From contig CBDBKE010000004.1 in the NCBI GenBank assembly GCA_965206645.1, forward strand, positions 1,440,001 through 1,504,000: a stretch of 64,000 nt of DNA, read 5' to 3'. Numbering within the stretch: the first letter of the stretch is position 1; every line of letters begins with the position of its first letter. Below, one piece after another: positions 9,703 through 19,209 of this stretch. The DNA is from Terriglobia bacterium. GTDB lineage: Bacteria; Acidobacteriota; Terriglobia; JAJPHL01; JAPKYU01. Both the position numbers and the translations under genes were made by a program. The notes below the pieces were generated by a model. That model saw only the letters and a program-made list of their open reading frames with translations, was not told the DNA's origin and searched no databases.

Positions 9703-10758
9703 CTAGCTGGACTGGGGTTTTTCCTGCAGGACGGTCTGGAGCTGCACCACGGGTTGCTGGGTGGGCAGTGCAGTGAACGCCTTCAACTCTTGAGGTCGCC
9801 CCCGCCAGTTGTCGATCATGGCCACCTGCTGGACGCAGGAGACGGTGCACCGCGGCGCACAGGGCTTCTTGGTATGAAACTCCCGGCGCAGGTCCTCACG
9901 GCCGTATGTCTCCAGGGGAACGCCGGGATAACCGCGCTGCTGGGAGCAGTAGTGCACCAGGCCGTCCTCGCAGATGTAGAGGTAGCGCGACCCGGAGCGG
10001 CAGCGCCAGTCGTTGGGCCGTCCGTTGAGGATGTTCTGCTGGAACTTGTCGAAGCGCGCGTAGCAGCGTTTGCCCAGTCCCTTGATCCGGTGGAAAACCT
10101 CCCGCTCCAGGTCCCCCAAAGGGCGGAGCTGGCCGGAGCCATCGTGGATGATGCCCAATGTGCTGGTGAAGCCCAGCGAGACGGCGCGCCGGGCCACCAC
10201 CTCGCCGTCTTCCGGGTGGCGAATGCCGCTGCCGATCACCGAGTTGATGTTGACCCCGAATTCGGCATGCTCCGCCAGCAGTTGCAATTTCTTGTCCAGT
10301 ACCTTCAGACTTTTCTTGGAGACCTCGTCGGGATTCAGGTTGTCAATGCTGATCTGCAGGTGGTCCAGCCCAGCGCGGTTCAGTTGCTCAATGCGCTCGG
10401 CCGTCAGCAGGTATCCGTTGGTGATCAGTCCGGTCAAGACTCCATGGTTGCGAATGCGGCGGATGACCTGGTCCAGCTCCGGATGCAACAGCGGTTCGCC
10501 GCCGCTGATAGTGATGATGGTGATACCGAAGGAGGCCAGCCGGTCAATTCTCCGGTACATCTCCTGCAGGGTCACCGGCTTGGAGTGGCTGTCAAACTCG
10601 TTGCAGTAGGTGCAGGACAGGTTGCAGCGGCGGATAGGGATGATGTGGGCCAGGATCGGATGGCTAGTGAATACCAATCCCTTGGCGATCATCCACCATT
10701 CGCGAACGCGCCGGTGGGCCGCCAACGCCTTTTTCCTAAGTCGCTTCTGCCTGGTCAT
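9703..10758 (-). CDS. Radical SAM protein with C-terminal Cys-rich (SPASM/Twitch-like) domain
   Basis: [16 protein letters not shown], and C-terminal CRSG...ICEDG..HYC...CAPRCTVSC. Confidence 0.9.
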   Translation of the reverse strand: MTRQKRLRKKALAAHRRVREWWMIAKGLVFTSHPILAHIIPIRRCNLSCTYCNEFDSHSKPVTLQEMYRRIDRLASFGITIITISGGEPLLHPELDQVIRRIRNHGVLTGLITNGYLLTAERIEQLNRAGLDHLQISIDNLNPDEVSKKSLKVLDKKLQLLAEHAEFGVNINSVIGSGIRHPEDGEVVARRAVSLGFTSTLGIIHDGSGQLRPLGDLEREVFHRIKGLGKRCYARFDKFQQNILNGRPNDWRCRSGSRYLYICEDGLVHYCSQQRGYPGVPLETYGREDLRREFHTKKPCAPRCTVSCVQQVAMIDNWRGRPQELKAFTALPTQQPVVQLQTVLQEKPQSS

Positions 10759-11076
10759 TTAGCCGAACGCCCCCGGCTCTTCCCCCCGAGGTGCATCGTC
10801 ACCTAGTAAATCACATTCCGGCTGCGAGATTCTAAAACAAAAGCACTTTTCTGGCGTTTTGTGCCGTCCAGCGGGCGATTTTACCACCTGAGAGGCGGTT
10901 GCCGCCCAATGCGGCGAGCGCTCCGAGAGCAGTGACGATCTAAGGAAACTCCGCAGCCTGAGGTCTCGAATTCGGGGAAAGCCCCCGGCGTTTGGTAGTC
11001 CGCTAAATCTCACCTTTAGCGCACTGCCCGGCGTTTGGATTGGCTTGACAACTCGGATTGCCTGAGCCCATCATCC

Positions 11077-11186
11077 CCTGCCAAAGCTAGGGCCTGCCAA
11101 AGTTAGGGCCTGCCAAAGTTAGGCATCAAGTGACGCAAGCCGTTCGGTACAATTGAGAGCGCAAGCTGTTCGGTACAAATGAGAGC
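11077..11186. repeat. Two adjacent tandem repeats: 16-bp x3 (CCTGCCAAAGYTAGGG) and 26-bp x2 (GCAAGCYGTTCGGTACAAWTGAGAGC)
   Basis: 16-mers at 11077, 11093, 11109; 26-mers at 11135 and 11161; upstream of the cytochrome c gene. Confidence 0.85.
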
Positions 11187-11193
11187 TAAGGAT

Positions 11194-12054
11194 ATGGCGC
11201 TGACAAACGGTGGCTTCTGTGGCCGGGCCAGAAAGCTGGTCCTGATGCAGGCAGTAGCCCTGTTTATGTTTTCGGTAACCGTGGGGGCAGCTCCGCCTAG
11301 CTCCCCGGCTGGCCCGGGAAAGGAGGTCCAAAACCCGCTTGCTGGGAACCCTGAGGCAATTCAAGTGGGCAGGGGAAATTTCCGGATGAAGTGCAGCATT
11401 TGCCATGGTGTGGAAGCGAGCGGAGGGACCCGTGGGCCGGATCTGACCAGGGGGCGCTGGACGCACGGCAGCAGCGACGCCGCCATCTTTCGAACCATCA
11501 ACGACGGTGTACCGGGTACGGAGATGCCGGGGGCCGTTTTGGCAGCGGACGAGGTCTGGGCGATCATTACGTATCTGCGGAGTTTGAGCCCTGCTTCGGC
11601 CACGCCAATTAGGGGCAATCGCGAGGCCGGCGAGCAAATCTTCTTCGGCTCCGGCGCCTGTTCCCGGTGCCACATGGTGAATGGCAAGGGAGGCCGCCTG
11701 GGTCCAGGTTTATCCCACATCTCGTCTTCGCGCGGCACCCAGTACCTCATCGAATCCATCCGTGATCCGAACAAGCAGATCACCATCCGCAACGCCGCCT
11801 GGGAGGTGACCTCAGGGTACGAGACGGTGCGCGTGGTGACCAAGGACGGCAGGCGCATCACCGGCGTGCGTCGTAACGAAGACAGCTTTTCCATCCAGCT
11901 CATGGACCAGCGTGAGGAGATTCACACGTTCTTGAAGAAAGACCTGCGGGAGGTTGCCTACGAGCAAAGATCCCTGATGCCGGAGTACACCGAGCAGCTC
12001 CTGAGCGACGAGGAGTTGCAGAACTTGCTCGCCTATCTGGATAGCTTGCGATGA
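11194..12054 (+). CDS. Di-heme c-type cytochrome with C-terminal heme-binding-associated domain (copy 1)
   Basis: Two CxxCH motifs (CSICH, CSRCH), signal peptide, and ESIRDP...SLMP region. Confidence 0.9.
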   Translation: MALTNGGFCGRARKLVLMQAVALFMFSVTVGAAPPSSPAGPGKEVQNPLAGNPEAIQVGRGNFRMKCSICHGVEASGGTRGPDLTRGRWTHGSSDAAIFRTINDGVPGTEMPGAVLAADEVWAIITYLRSLSPASATPIRGNREAGEQIFFGSGACSRCHMVNGKGGRLGPGLSHISSSRGTQYLIESIRDPNKQITIRNAAWEVTSGYETVRVVTKDGRRITGVRRNEDSFSIQLMDQREEIHTFLKKDLREVAYEQRSLMPEYTEQLLSDEELQNLLAYLDSLR

Positions 12055-13778
12055 GGCTGAGTAGCGATAAGGAAGACGAAGAGACGAAGGAGAGGAACTT
12101 GGAGGCGAAAACCGGCTTGAAGGCATACGTTCTCTTCCTCTTCTTCCTCGGCCTGTGGCTGGCCAGCGCAGGCGCTCAGGACAGTTGGGGCCAGGTAACC
12201 TACGGGCGGCTGCTGAAGGCGGCTGACGAGCCGCACAACTGGTTGACTTACTCAGGCAACTACAGGGGTCAGCGCTACAGCTCGCTGAAACAGATTCACA
12301 CGGGCAACATCGGACATTTGGCGGTGGAGTGGGTCTTTCAGACCAGGACCCCTGACAAGTTCGAAACCACGCCCCTGGTCATCGACGGCATCATGTACCT
12401 GACCGCGCCTGAAAGTCGTGCCTATGCGCTGGATGCCCGCACTGGACGCCTCATCTGGCGCTACCAGCGCATCCTGCCCGAGAAAATTCCCCTGTGCTGC
12501 GGCACGCCCAACCGCGGGCTGGCGGCGCTGGGCGACAAGGTGTTCTTGGCCACGCTGGACGCGCACCTGGTGGCGCTGGACTCGAAAACCGGCGAGGTCG
12601 TTTGGGACGTGGAGGCCGAAGATTACCGCAAGGGATACAACTTCACAATGGCGCCGCTAGTGGTCAAGGACAAGGTAATCGTGGGAGTGTCCGGGGGAGA
12701 GTATGGAATTCGCGGCTTCATTGATGCGTACGACGCGGAGACCGGCAAGCGCGCCTGGCGCTTCTACACCATCCCTGCTCCGGGCGAGCCGGGCAACGAG
12801 ACCTGGGCGGGAGATTCCTGGAAAACGGGCGGCGCGCCAGCCTGGCTGACCGGCACCTACGATCCGGAATTGAACCTGACTTACTGGGGCACCGGCAATC
12901 CCGGGCCGGACCTTCACGGTGGAGATCGCAAGGGGGACAACCTCTACAGCGACTCTGTGGTGGCGCTGGATGCCGACACAGGAAAGCTGAAGTGGTATTT
13001 CCAGTTCACCCCGCACGACTTGCATGACTGGGATGCCACGCAAATCCCGGTGCTGCTGGACCTGGAATATCAGGGCCGGCCACGAAAGCTGCTGGCGATG
13101 GCCAATCGCAATGGCTTTTTCTACCTGCTGGACCGCGCCAACGGCAAGTTCCTGCTCGGCAAGCCGTTTGTCCGCGTGACCTGGGCCAAGGAGATTGGTC
13201 CGGATGGCCGTCCCGCCCAGCTCCCAAACACCGATCCGACTCCTGAAGGCACTTACGTCTGTCCCGGGATCATAGGGGGGACCAACTGGTTTTCTCCCTC
13301 GTTTAGTCCCCAAACCGGCTATTTCTATGTGGCCGCCCGCGAGCAGTGCGATATCTTTTTCAGCTCGCCGCAGAAGTACCAGCCGGGGCAGATGTTTTTC
13401 GGCAGCGCGTTGCAGACCAAGCCCGGCGAGAAAGGATGGGGAGCCGTGCGGGCCATCGATCCCCTGACCGGGGAGATCAAGTGGGAATTCAAACATCACT
13501 CGCCCCCCTGGGCCGGCACGCTGGCCACCGCGGGTGGATTGGTCTTCACCGGGGACCACGAGGGGTACCTGCTGGCCTTCGACGCCAAGAACGGAAAGCA
13601 TCTCTGGCACCTACAAACCGGCTCCCCTGTGATTGCTGCGCCCATGACCTACGCTCTGGACGACAAGCAATACGTTGTCATCCCCTCCGGAGGCGCCCTT
13701 TTTGCTCTGGCGCTGCCTGATGGTATCCTCGCCCCGATGGTATCCTCGCCAAAGAAAGAGAGTCCGGGGAAAAACTAG
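12051..13778 (+). CDS. PQQ-dependent alcohol dehydrogenase family (copy 1)
   Basis: Beta-propeller W repeats, vicinal CC (LCCG), SGGEYGIRG, WGTGNP, HDLHDWD, ANRNGFFY, GGTNW; ATGA overlap with the cytochrome gene. Confidence 0.93.
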   Translation: MRLSSDKEDEETKERNLEAKTGLKAYVLFLFFLGLWLASAGAQDSWGQVTYGRLLKAADEPHNWLTYSGNYRGQRYSSLKQIHTGNIGHLAVEWVFQTRTPDKFETTPLVIDGIMYLTAPESRAYALDARTGRLIWRYQRILPEKIPLCCGTPNRGLAALGDKVFLATLDAHLVALDSKTGEVVWDVEAEDYRKGYNFTMAPLVVKDKVIVGVSGGEYGIRGFIDAYDAETGKRAWRFYTIPAPGEPGNETWAGDSWKTGGAPAWLTGTYDPELNLTYWGTGNPGPDLHGGDRKGDNLYSDSVVALDADTGKLKWYFQFTPHDLHDWDATQIPVLLDLEYQGRPRKLLAMANRNGFFYLLDRANGKFLLGKPFVRVTWAKEIGPDGRPAQLPNTDPTPEGTYVCPGIIGGTNWFSPSFSPQTGYFYVAAREQCDIFFSSPQKYQPGQMFFGSALQTKPGEKGWGAVRAIDPLTGEIKWEFKHHSPPWAGTLATAGGLVFTGDHEGYLLAFDAKNGKHLWHLQTGSPVIAAPMTYALDDKQYVVIPSGGALFALALPDGILAPMVSSPKKESPGKN

Positions 13779-13829
13779 GTCGCAAAGGTATGGCGCAGAT
13801 CAAGAGCTGCAGATCAGGAGCTTAAGGAT

Positions 13830-14696
13830 ATGACACTGACAGGCGGTGGCTTCTGTGGCCGGTCTGGAAACTTGGTAGCGGTGCTAGCGGTAACTCTGTT
13901 GGGCTTTTCGCTCACCGCGGGGGCGGCGCGGCCTAGCGCCCCGGCTGGCCGGGAGAAGGAGATCAAGAATCCAGTTGCCGGGAATCCCGAGACGATCGAG
14001 CAGGGCAGGATGGTGTTCCGGTTTTCTTGCAGCATTTGTCATGGTCTTGGAGCGACCGGCGGGATGCGTGGGCCGGATTTGACCCGGGGGCGATGGGCGC
14101 ACGGCGGCAGCGACGCCGCCATCTTTCGAACCATCAGCGAGGGCGTACGGGGTACAGAGATGCCAGGCAGCCAAGGGTTCCTGCTGGAGGAACAGGTCTG
14201 GTCGGTCATTGCGTATCTGCGGAGCCTAAGCGCCGCTTCGGTCTCGCCAATTGAGGGCGATCACGAGGCCGGCGAGCGGATCTTCTTTGGTTCCAGTGCT
14301 TGCGCCCGGTGCCACATGGTGAATGGTAAGGGAGGCCGCCTGGGCCCGGATTTGTCTCGCATCGGCGCTGCACGCCGTACCCAGCACCTCGCCGAATCCA
14401 TTCGCGACCCTAATAAAGAAGTCACCGTGCGCGACCCCTTAACGGGGAACGTCGCCGGGCACCAGACGGTCCGCGTCGTAACCAAGGACGGCAGACCCAT
14501 CACCGGCGTGCGCCGCAACGAAGACACCTTTTCCATCCAGCTCTTGGACCAGCGTGAGGAGATTCACATGTTCCTGAAGAAAGACCTGCGGGAGGTCATC
14601 TACGAGAAAAGATCCTTGATGCCAGAGTACACCGAACAGATCCTAAGCGACAAAGAGTTGCAGAACTTGTTAGCTTATCTGGATGGCTTGCGATGA
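13830..14696 (+). CDS. Di-heme c-type cytochrome (copy 2)
   Basis: CSICH and CARCH; closely similar to 11194..12054. Confidence 0.9.
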   Translation: MTLTGGGFCGRSGNLVAVLAVTLLGFSLTAGAARPSAPAGREKEIKNPVAGNPETIEQGRMVFRFSCSICHGLGATGGMRGPDLTRGRWAHGGSDAAIFRTISEGVRGTEMPGSQGFLLEEQVWSVIAYLRSLSAASVSPIEGDHEAGERIFFGSSACARCHMVNGKGGRLGPDLSRIGAARRTQHLAESIRDPNKEVTVRDPLTGNVAGHQTVRVVTKDGRPITGVRRNEDTFSIQLLDQREEIHMFLKKDLREVIYEKRSLMPEYTEQILSDKELQNLLAYLDGLR

Positions 14697-16402
14697 GGAC
14701 GAGCACCGACAAGGAAAACGATAAGGAAAACGAAGAGATGGGAGCGAGCAAGCTGGCAAGAAAAACCGGTCTGCGAATCTGCGTGTTTGTGGTCAGCCTG
14801 TGGCTGGCCGGTGCAGGCGCCAATAACGCCTGGGCCCAGGTCAGCTACGAGCGGCTGCTGAAGGCGGTTGAGGAGCCGCACAACTGGTTGACTTACTCAG
14901 GCGACTACAGCGGTCGGCGTTACAACCTGCTGAAGCAGATTCACACAGGCAACGTCGAGCACCTGGCGGTGCAGTGGGTCTTCCAGACCGGCGCCACGGG
15001 CAAGTTCGAGGCCACGCCCCTGGTCATTGACGGCATCATGTATTTGACCGGGCAGGGCAACCAGGCCTACGCGCTGGATGCCCGCACGGGACGCCTCATC
15101 TGGCGCTATCAGCGTACCCTGCCGGACAACCTTCTTCTTTGCTGCGGGGAGGTCAACCGCGGCCTGGCGGCGCTGGGCGACAAGGTGTTCATGGCCACGC
15201 TGGACGCGCACATCGTGGCACTGGACTCGAAAACCGGCAGCGTCATTTGGGACGTCGCGTCCGAAGACTACCGCAAGGGGTACATCTTTACGTCGGCGCC
15301 ACTGGTGGTGAAGGACAAGGTAGTCGTGGGAGTGTCCGGGGGCGAGTATGGAATTCGCGGCTTCATTGAAGCGTATGACGCCGAGACGGGGAAGCGCGCC
15401 TGGCGCTTCTACACCATCCCCGCTCCGGGCGAGCCTGGCAACGAAACCTGGGAGGGTGATTCCTGGAAAACGGGCGGCGCTCCGGCATGGCTGATCGGCA
15501 GCTACGATCCGGAGCTGAACCTGATTTACTGGGGCACGGGCAATCCTGGGCCCGTCCTTTACGGTGGAGATCGCGAGGGAGACAACCTCTACAGCGACTG
15601 TGTGGTGGCGCTGGATGCCGATACGGGAAAGCTGAAGTGGTATTTCCAGTTCACCCCGCACGACGTGCACGACTGGGATGCCGGACAAATCCCGGTGCTG
15701 CTGGACCTGGAATATCAGGGCCGGCCACGAAAGCTGCTGGCGTGGGCCAATCGCAATGGCTTTTTCTACCTGCTGGACCGCACCAACGGACAATTCCTGT
15801 TCGCCAAGGCGTTTGTCAAAGTGACCTGGGCCAAGGAGATTGGTCCGGACGGCCGTCCCGTCCTGCTCCCGAACAGCGACCCGACCCCGGAAGGCAATTA
15901 CATCTGTCCCGGGCTGGCGGGGGGCACCAACTGGATGTCTCCCTCGTTTCACCCGCAAACCGGCTATCTCTATGTGCCCACCCACGAGGATTGCCAAACC
16001 TATTTCAGCTCGCCGCAGAAGTACCAGCAAGGGCAGTGGTTTTTCGGGAGCACGTTCCAGGCCAAACCCGGCGACGAATCCTGGGGAGCCTTGCGTGCCA
16101 TTGATCCGCTGAGCGGGGAAATCAAGTGGGAATTCAAGCACCACTCGCCCTCTTGGGCCGGTACGCTGGCCACCGCGGGCGGATTGGTCTTCGCCGGGGA
16201 CCACGAGGGATACCTGCTGGCCTTCGACGCCAAGAGCGGCAAGCACCTCTGGAACTTGCAGACCGGCTCCCCGTTGGCGGCAGGGCCGATGACTTACGCG
16301 CTGGACGGCAAGCAGTACGTCGTCATCGGCGCGGGAAGCGCCCTTTTCGCTGTCGCCTTGCCTGATGGCATCGTCGCCAAAGAAGGTTCGGGAAAACACT
16401 AA
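14693..16402 (+). CDS. PQQ-dependent alcohol dehydrogenase family (copy 2)
   Basis: Same motifs as copy 1 (LCCG, SGGEYG, GTGNP, HDVHDWD). Confidence 0.93.
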   Translation: MRTSTDKENDKENEEMGASKLARKTGLRICVFVVSLWLAGAGANNAWAQVSYERLLKAVEEPHNWLTYSGDYSGRRYNLLKQIHTGNVEHLAVQWVFQTGATGKFEATPLVIDGIMYLTGQGNQAYALDARTGRLIWRYQRTLPDNLLLCCGEVNRGLAALGDKVFMATLDAHIVALDSKTGSVIWDVASEDYRKGYIFTSAPLVVKDKVVVGVSGGEYGIRGFIEAYDAETGKRAWRFYTIPAPGEPGNETWEGDSWKTGGAPAWLIGSYDPELNLIYWGTGNPGPVLYGGDREGDNLYSDCVVALDADTGKLKWYFQFTPHDVHDWDAGQIPVLLDLEYQGRPRKLLAWANRNGFFYLLDRTNGQFLFAKAFVKVTWAKEIGPDGRPVLLPNSDPTPEGNYICPGLAGGTNWMSPSFHPQTGYLYVPTHEDCQTYFSSPQKYQQGQWFFGSTFQAKPGDESWGALRAIDPLSGEIKWEFKHHSPSWAGTLATAGGLVFAGDHEGYLLAFDAKSGKHLWNLQTGSPLAAGPMTYALDGKQYVVIGAGSALFAVALPDGIVAKEGSGKH

Positions 16403-16744
16403 ACCCCGAAGGAAGGACACATCCGCAGGCACGCTTGCTTTTCGGGTGCGGGTGGTGACGGGTGGGCAGGGTCGGCTAGCTCATCGAAGCTGCGCCTCGG
16501 GTCGGATATTCCGGTTCACCATCCCCGGACGAAAAGTCATAAAGTCATACAAGAAGTTATGAAGTTATATAGTTGGCCACTGGTTGAGCGTTTCTTTGTT
16601 ATACTGGGGCGGTTCTTATATATACTCCCCCCGCTTGCACTCGACCGCAGCCTGATGGTTCCGCAGGACGGTTGAGCTTCGGCATGAGTCAAGCAATAGT
16701 TGTGATTCTCCAGAGGTTGAATTGGCGAGCCACGGAAGCTTTCG

Positions 16745-17918
16745 ATGCGAGTAACGTTTTGGGGCGTGCGGGGTTCGATGCCAACCCCGCACCCACGCAC
16801 GCTAAAGTACGGCGGTAACACACCCTGCGTGGAGATTGAGACCCCGCAGGGGCACACCATCATTCTGGACTGTGGTACCGGCATCACCCACCTGGGCAAG
16901 CAGCTGACCGAGAATACACCCCCTAAAGGGCTGCATCTGATGGTCTTTCTGACCCACTTTCATTGGGACCATATCCAGGGCCTCCCCTTCTTCACACCTC
17001 TCTACGATCCTCGGACCCAGGTTTTCTTTCACTGCTTCGAGGCCCATGGACTCACAGCCAAGGACGCATTGGGTGGGCTGATGCTCACGCCGTTCTTCCC
17101 TGTGAACATGAGCATGATGAAGGGCGGCAAGAACTTTTACATCATCGGAGAGGAGCGGCTAAAGGTATTTGACGTGGAAATTTCCTCCCGCTACCTGAAC
17201 CGCCCGCAGGGCTGCCTGGGCTACCGGGTGGAGTCGGAAAATGGCGTCTTTGTCTACGCACCGATCACGAGCACGGCAATGCAACCCACGATGCCAGCAT
17301 CCGCAAGCTGGCTCAGGGAGCCGACATCCTGGTCTATGATGGCCAGTACACGCCGGCCGAATACCAGACCCATGTCGGCTGGGGGCATAGCACCTGGGAG
17401 GAAGGCATTCAGGTGGCCCAGGACGCCGACGTCAAGGAGTTGGTTCTGTTCACCACGACCCGGACCACTCCGACCTGTTTGTAGACAAGATGTTGCTGGA
17501 AGCCCGAGCGTGCTTTCCCCATGTGCATGCAGCCATCGAGGGCACCACGGTCAACTTTGAACGGCAAGAGCGGGGGGGCAGCTTTCGCGGACGTATGGAG
17601 CAACGCTATTCTCAGAGGGTCCCGTTGGAGCATCCTATCCGGGTCAGTTTGCAACGGGTCGGTCAGAGTGAGGGTGAAAAAACCACGCTGGGAGACCTAA
17701 GCCTGGATGGTTCCTTTTTCCTGGTGGGTCACGACTGGGATATCGGCACAGAACTGGATGTGGAGATTGAGGTTCCCGTTGGCAAGAAAGGCCCGACCAA
17801 GAAGCTGCACATGCGCGGCACCGTAGCTCGCAGCGAGAAGGTGGGGGGAAAGACCGGAATCGGCGTGAGTTTCCGCGCGCGGGCCTCCACTTCCGACACT
17901 TCCGACACTTCCGAGTAG
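16745..17918 (+). pseudogene. MBL-fold metallo-hydrolase fused to C-terminal PilZ domain, interrupted by two -1 frameshifts
   Basis: FWGVRGS, GGNTPC and THFHWDH in the first frame; TDHEHG...GWGHST in a second frame from about 17260; HHDPDH...PilZ (RYSQR, DLSLDG) in a third frame from about 17451. Confidence 0.8.
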
Positions 17919-17926
17919 TTATCTGT

Positions 17927-18192
17927 TTGACCGCCGTTGAACCCCCTTCGGGCAAGCCGGGGGAGAACGCCACCGCTACCGGCGAAAACTCGGACAAGTA
18001 AAGCTGGATAAGTCCAAGGTCGTCGCCGTCTTCGGTTCCGATGCCAAGTCCGACTACAACGTGAAGGTGCTGGAGCAGACCCCTGAGAAGATCGTCTTTA
18101 AGGTGCCCTCGGTGAAGCCGGCCAGTTATGACGTTTCTCTGCAAGTGCGCAACGAGATTCATATTCAGCCCGTTCGCTTCAACGTAGAGTAG
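17927..18192 (+). pseudogene. Degraded IPT/TIG-like beta-sandwich protein gene
   Basis: LTAVEPPSGKPGENATATGEN (stop at 17999), continuing in another frame as LDKSKVVAVF...TPEKIVFKVPSVKPASYDVSL...PVRFNVE*; no clear start or RBS. Confidence 0.55.
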
Positions 18193-18531
18193 GAACGTCC
18201 CAGGGCACGGAGTGCCCCGGGCGCGGATTCGAAGCCGCGCGTCCCATTCGGGACACGGATTTCATACCCGATCATGATTGACCGCCGAGCGCTCCCCCTT
18301 CGGCAGCGCGTGCAAGTCCGGCATTCGTATGCCGAGCGGAGAAGGGCGATGGCGTATGATTGTGCCGGTAGTGTAAGATTCCTCGAAATGGCTCTACGAT
18401 ACGGCGGTACGATTCAGCGTAAGCATCTTGATGATGGAAATCGAAGTAACGTTGCAGCAAGCAAGAAACGGTCCTGGAAACGAGGGCCGCATCGGCGAAA
18501 TCAAGAACCTTGGTAAAGAAAGGTAGGCGCC

Positions 18532-19113
18532 ATGGCACTGACGGAATCAACAATGGTCGGACTCGGGACAGCCGCTCCCGATTTCCAACTACCGGATGTG
18601 GTTTCGGGCAAAAGCATCAGCCTCCATAGCTTCGTCGCGGACAAAGCGCTCCTGGTGATGTTCGTCTGCCCCCACTGCCCCTACGTGCAGCATGTCAAGC
18701 ACGAACTGGGCCGGTTGGGAAAAGACTATGCCGGAAAGTCCCTCGGTATAGTGGCAATTTCGTCGAATGATGTCGCTCAATTCCCCGACGATGCCCCTGA
18801 CAAAATGAGGGAGATGGCAGTGGAGCTCGGGTTTCGTTTTCCCTTCTGTTACGACGAAAGCCAGCAAACGGCCAAAGCCTATACTGCGGCCTGCACGCCC
18901 GATTTCTTTCTTTTTGACCAGAAGCGCCGCCTCGTTTACCGGGGCCAGTTAGACGATAGCCGTCCCGACAGTCCGAAACCTATCACGGGCCGTGATCTGA
19001 GGACCGCGATGGACGCAGCACTCGCGGGCCAAGCAGTCCACTCGGACCAGAAACCCAGCCTTGGCTGCAACATCAAATGGAAGCAGGGAAACGAGCCACC
19101 GTATTACAAATAG
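18532..19113 (+). CDS. Thioredoxin-family (AhpC/TSA redoxin) protein
   Basis: APDFQLPD, CPHCPYV, ACTPDFF, YRGQLDD, GCNIKW. Confidence 0.92.
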   Translation: MALTESTMVGLGTAAPDFQLPDVVSGKSISLHSFVADKALLVMFVCPHCPYVQHVKHELGRLGKDYAGKSLGIVAISSNDVAQFPDDAPDKMREMAVELGFRFPFCYDESQQTAKAYTAACTPDFFLFDQKRRLVYRGQLDDSRPDSPKPITGRDLRTAMDAALAGQAVHSDQKPSLGCNIKWKQGNEPPYYK

Positions 19114-19209
19114 GCTTTGAAATATGAGTGAAAACGAGCCGGTTTTAACTCGTATACGAAGCGCGTGGTTGTCCAAACCAACCAGGCGCGCTTGAAAGGA
19201 GCCTTTCGC

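Noticed and set aside
11077-11186. Repeats as a mini-CRISPR or iterons
   Set aside because: No spacers and no rep or cas gene; treated as promoter-region tandem repeats.
11194-16402. Duplication as an assembly artefact or DGR TR/VR pair
   Set aside because: The copies differ throughout by many synonymous and non-synonymous changes and indels, consistent with real paralogs.
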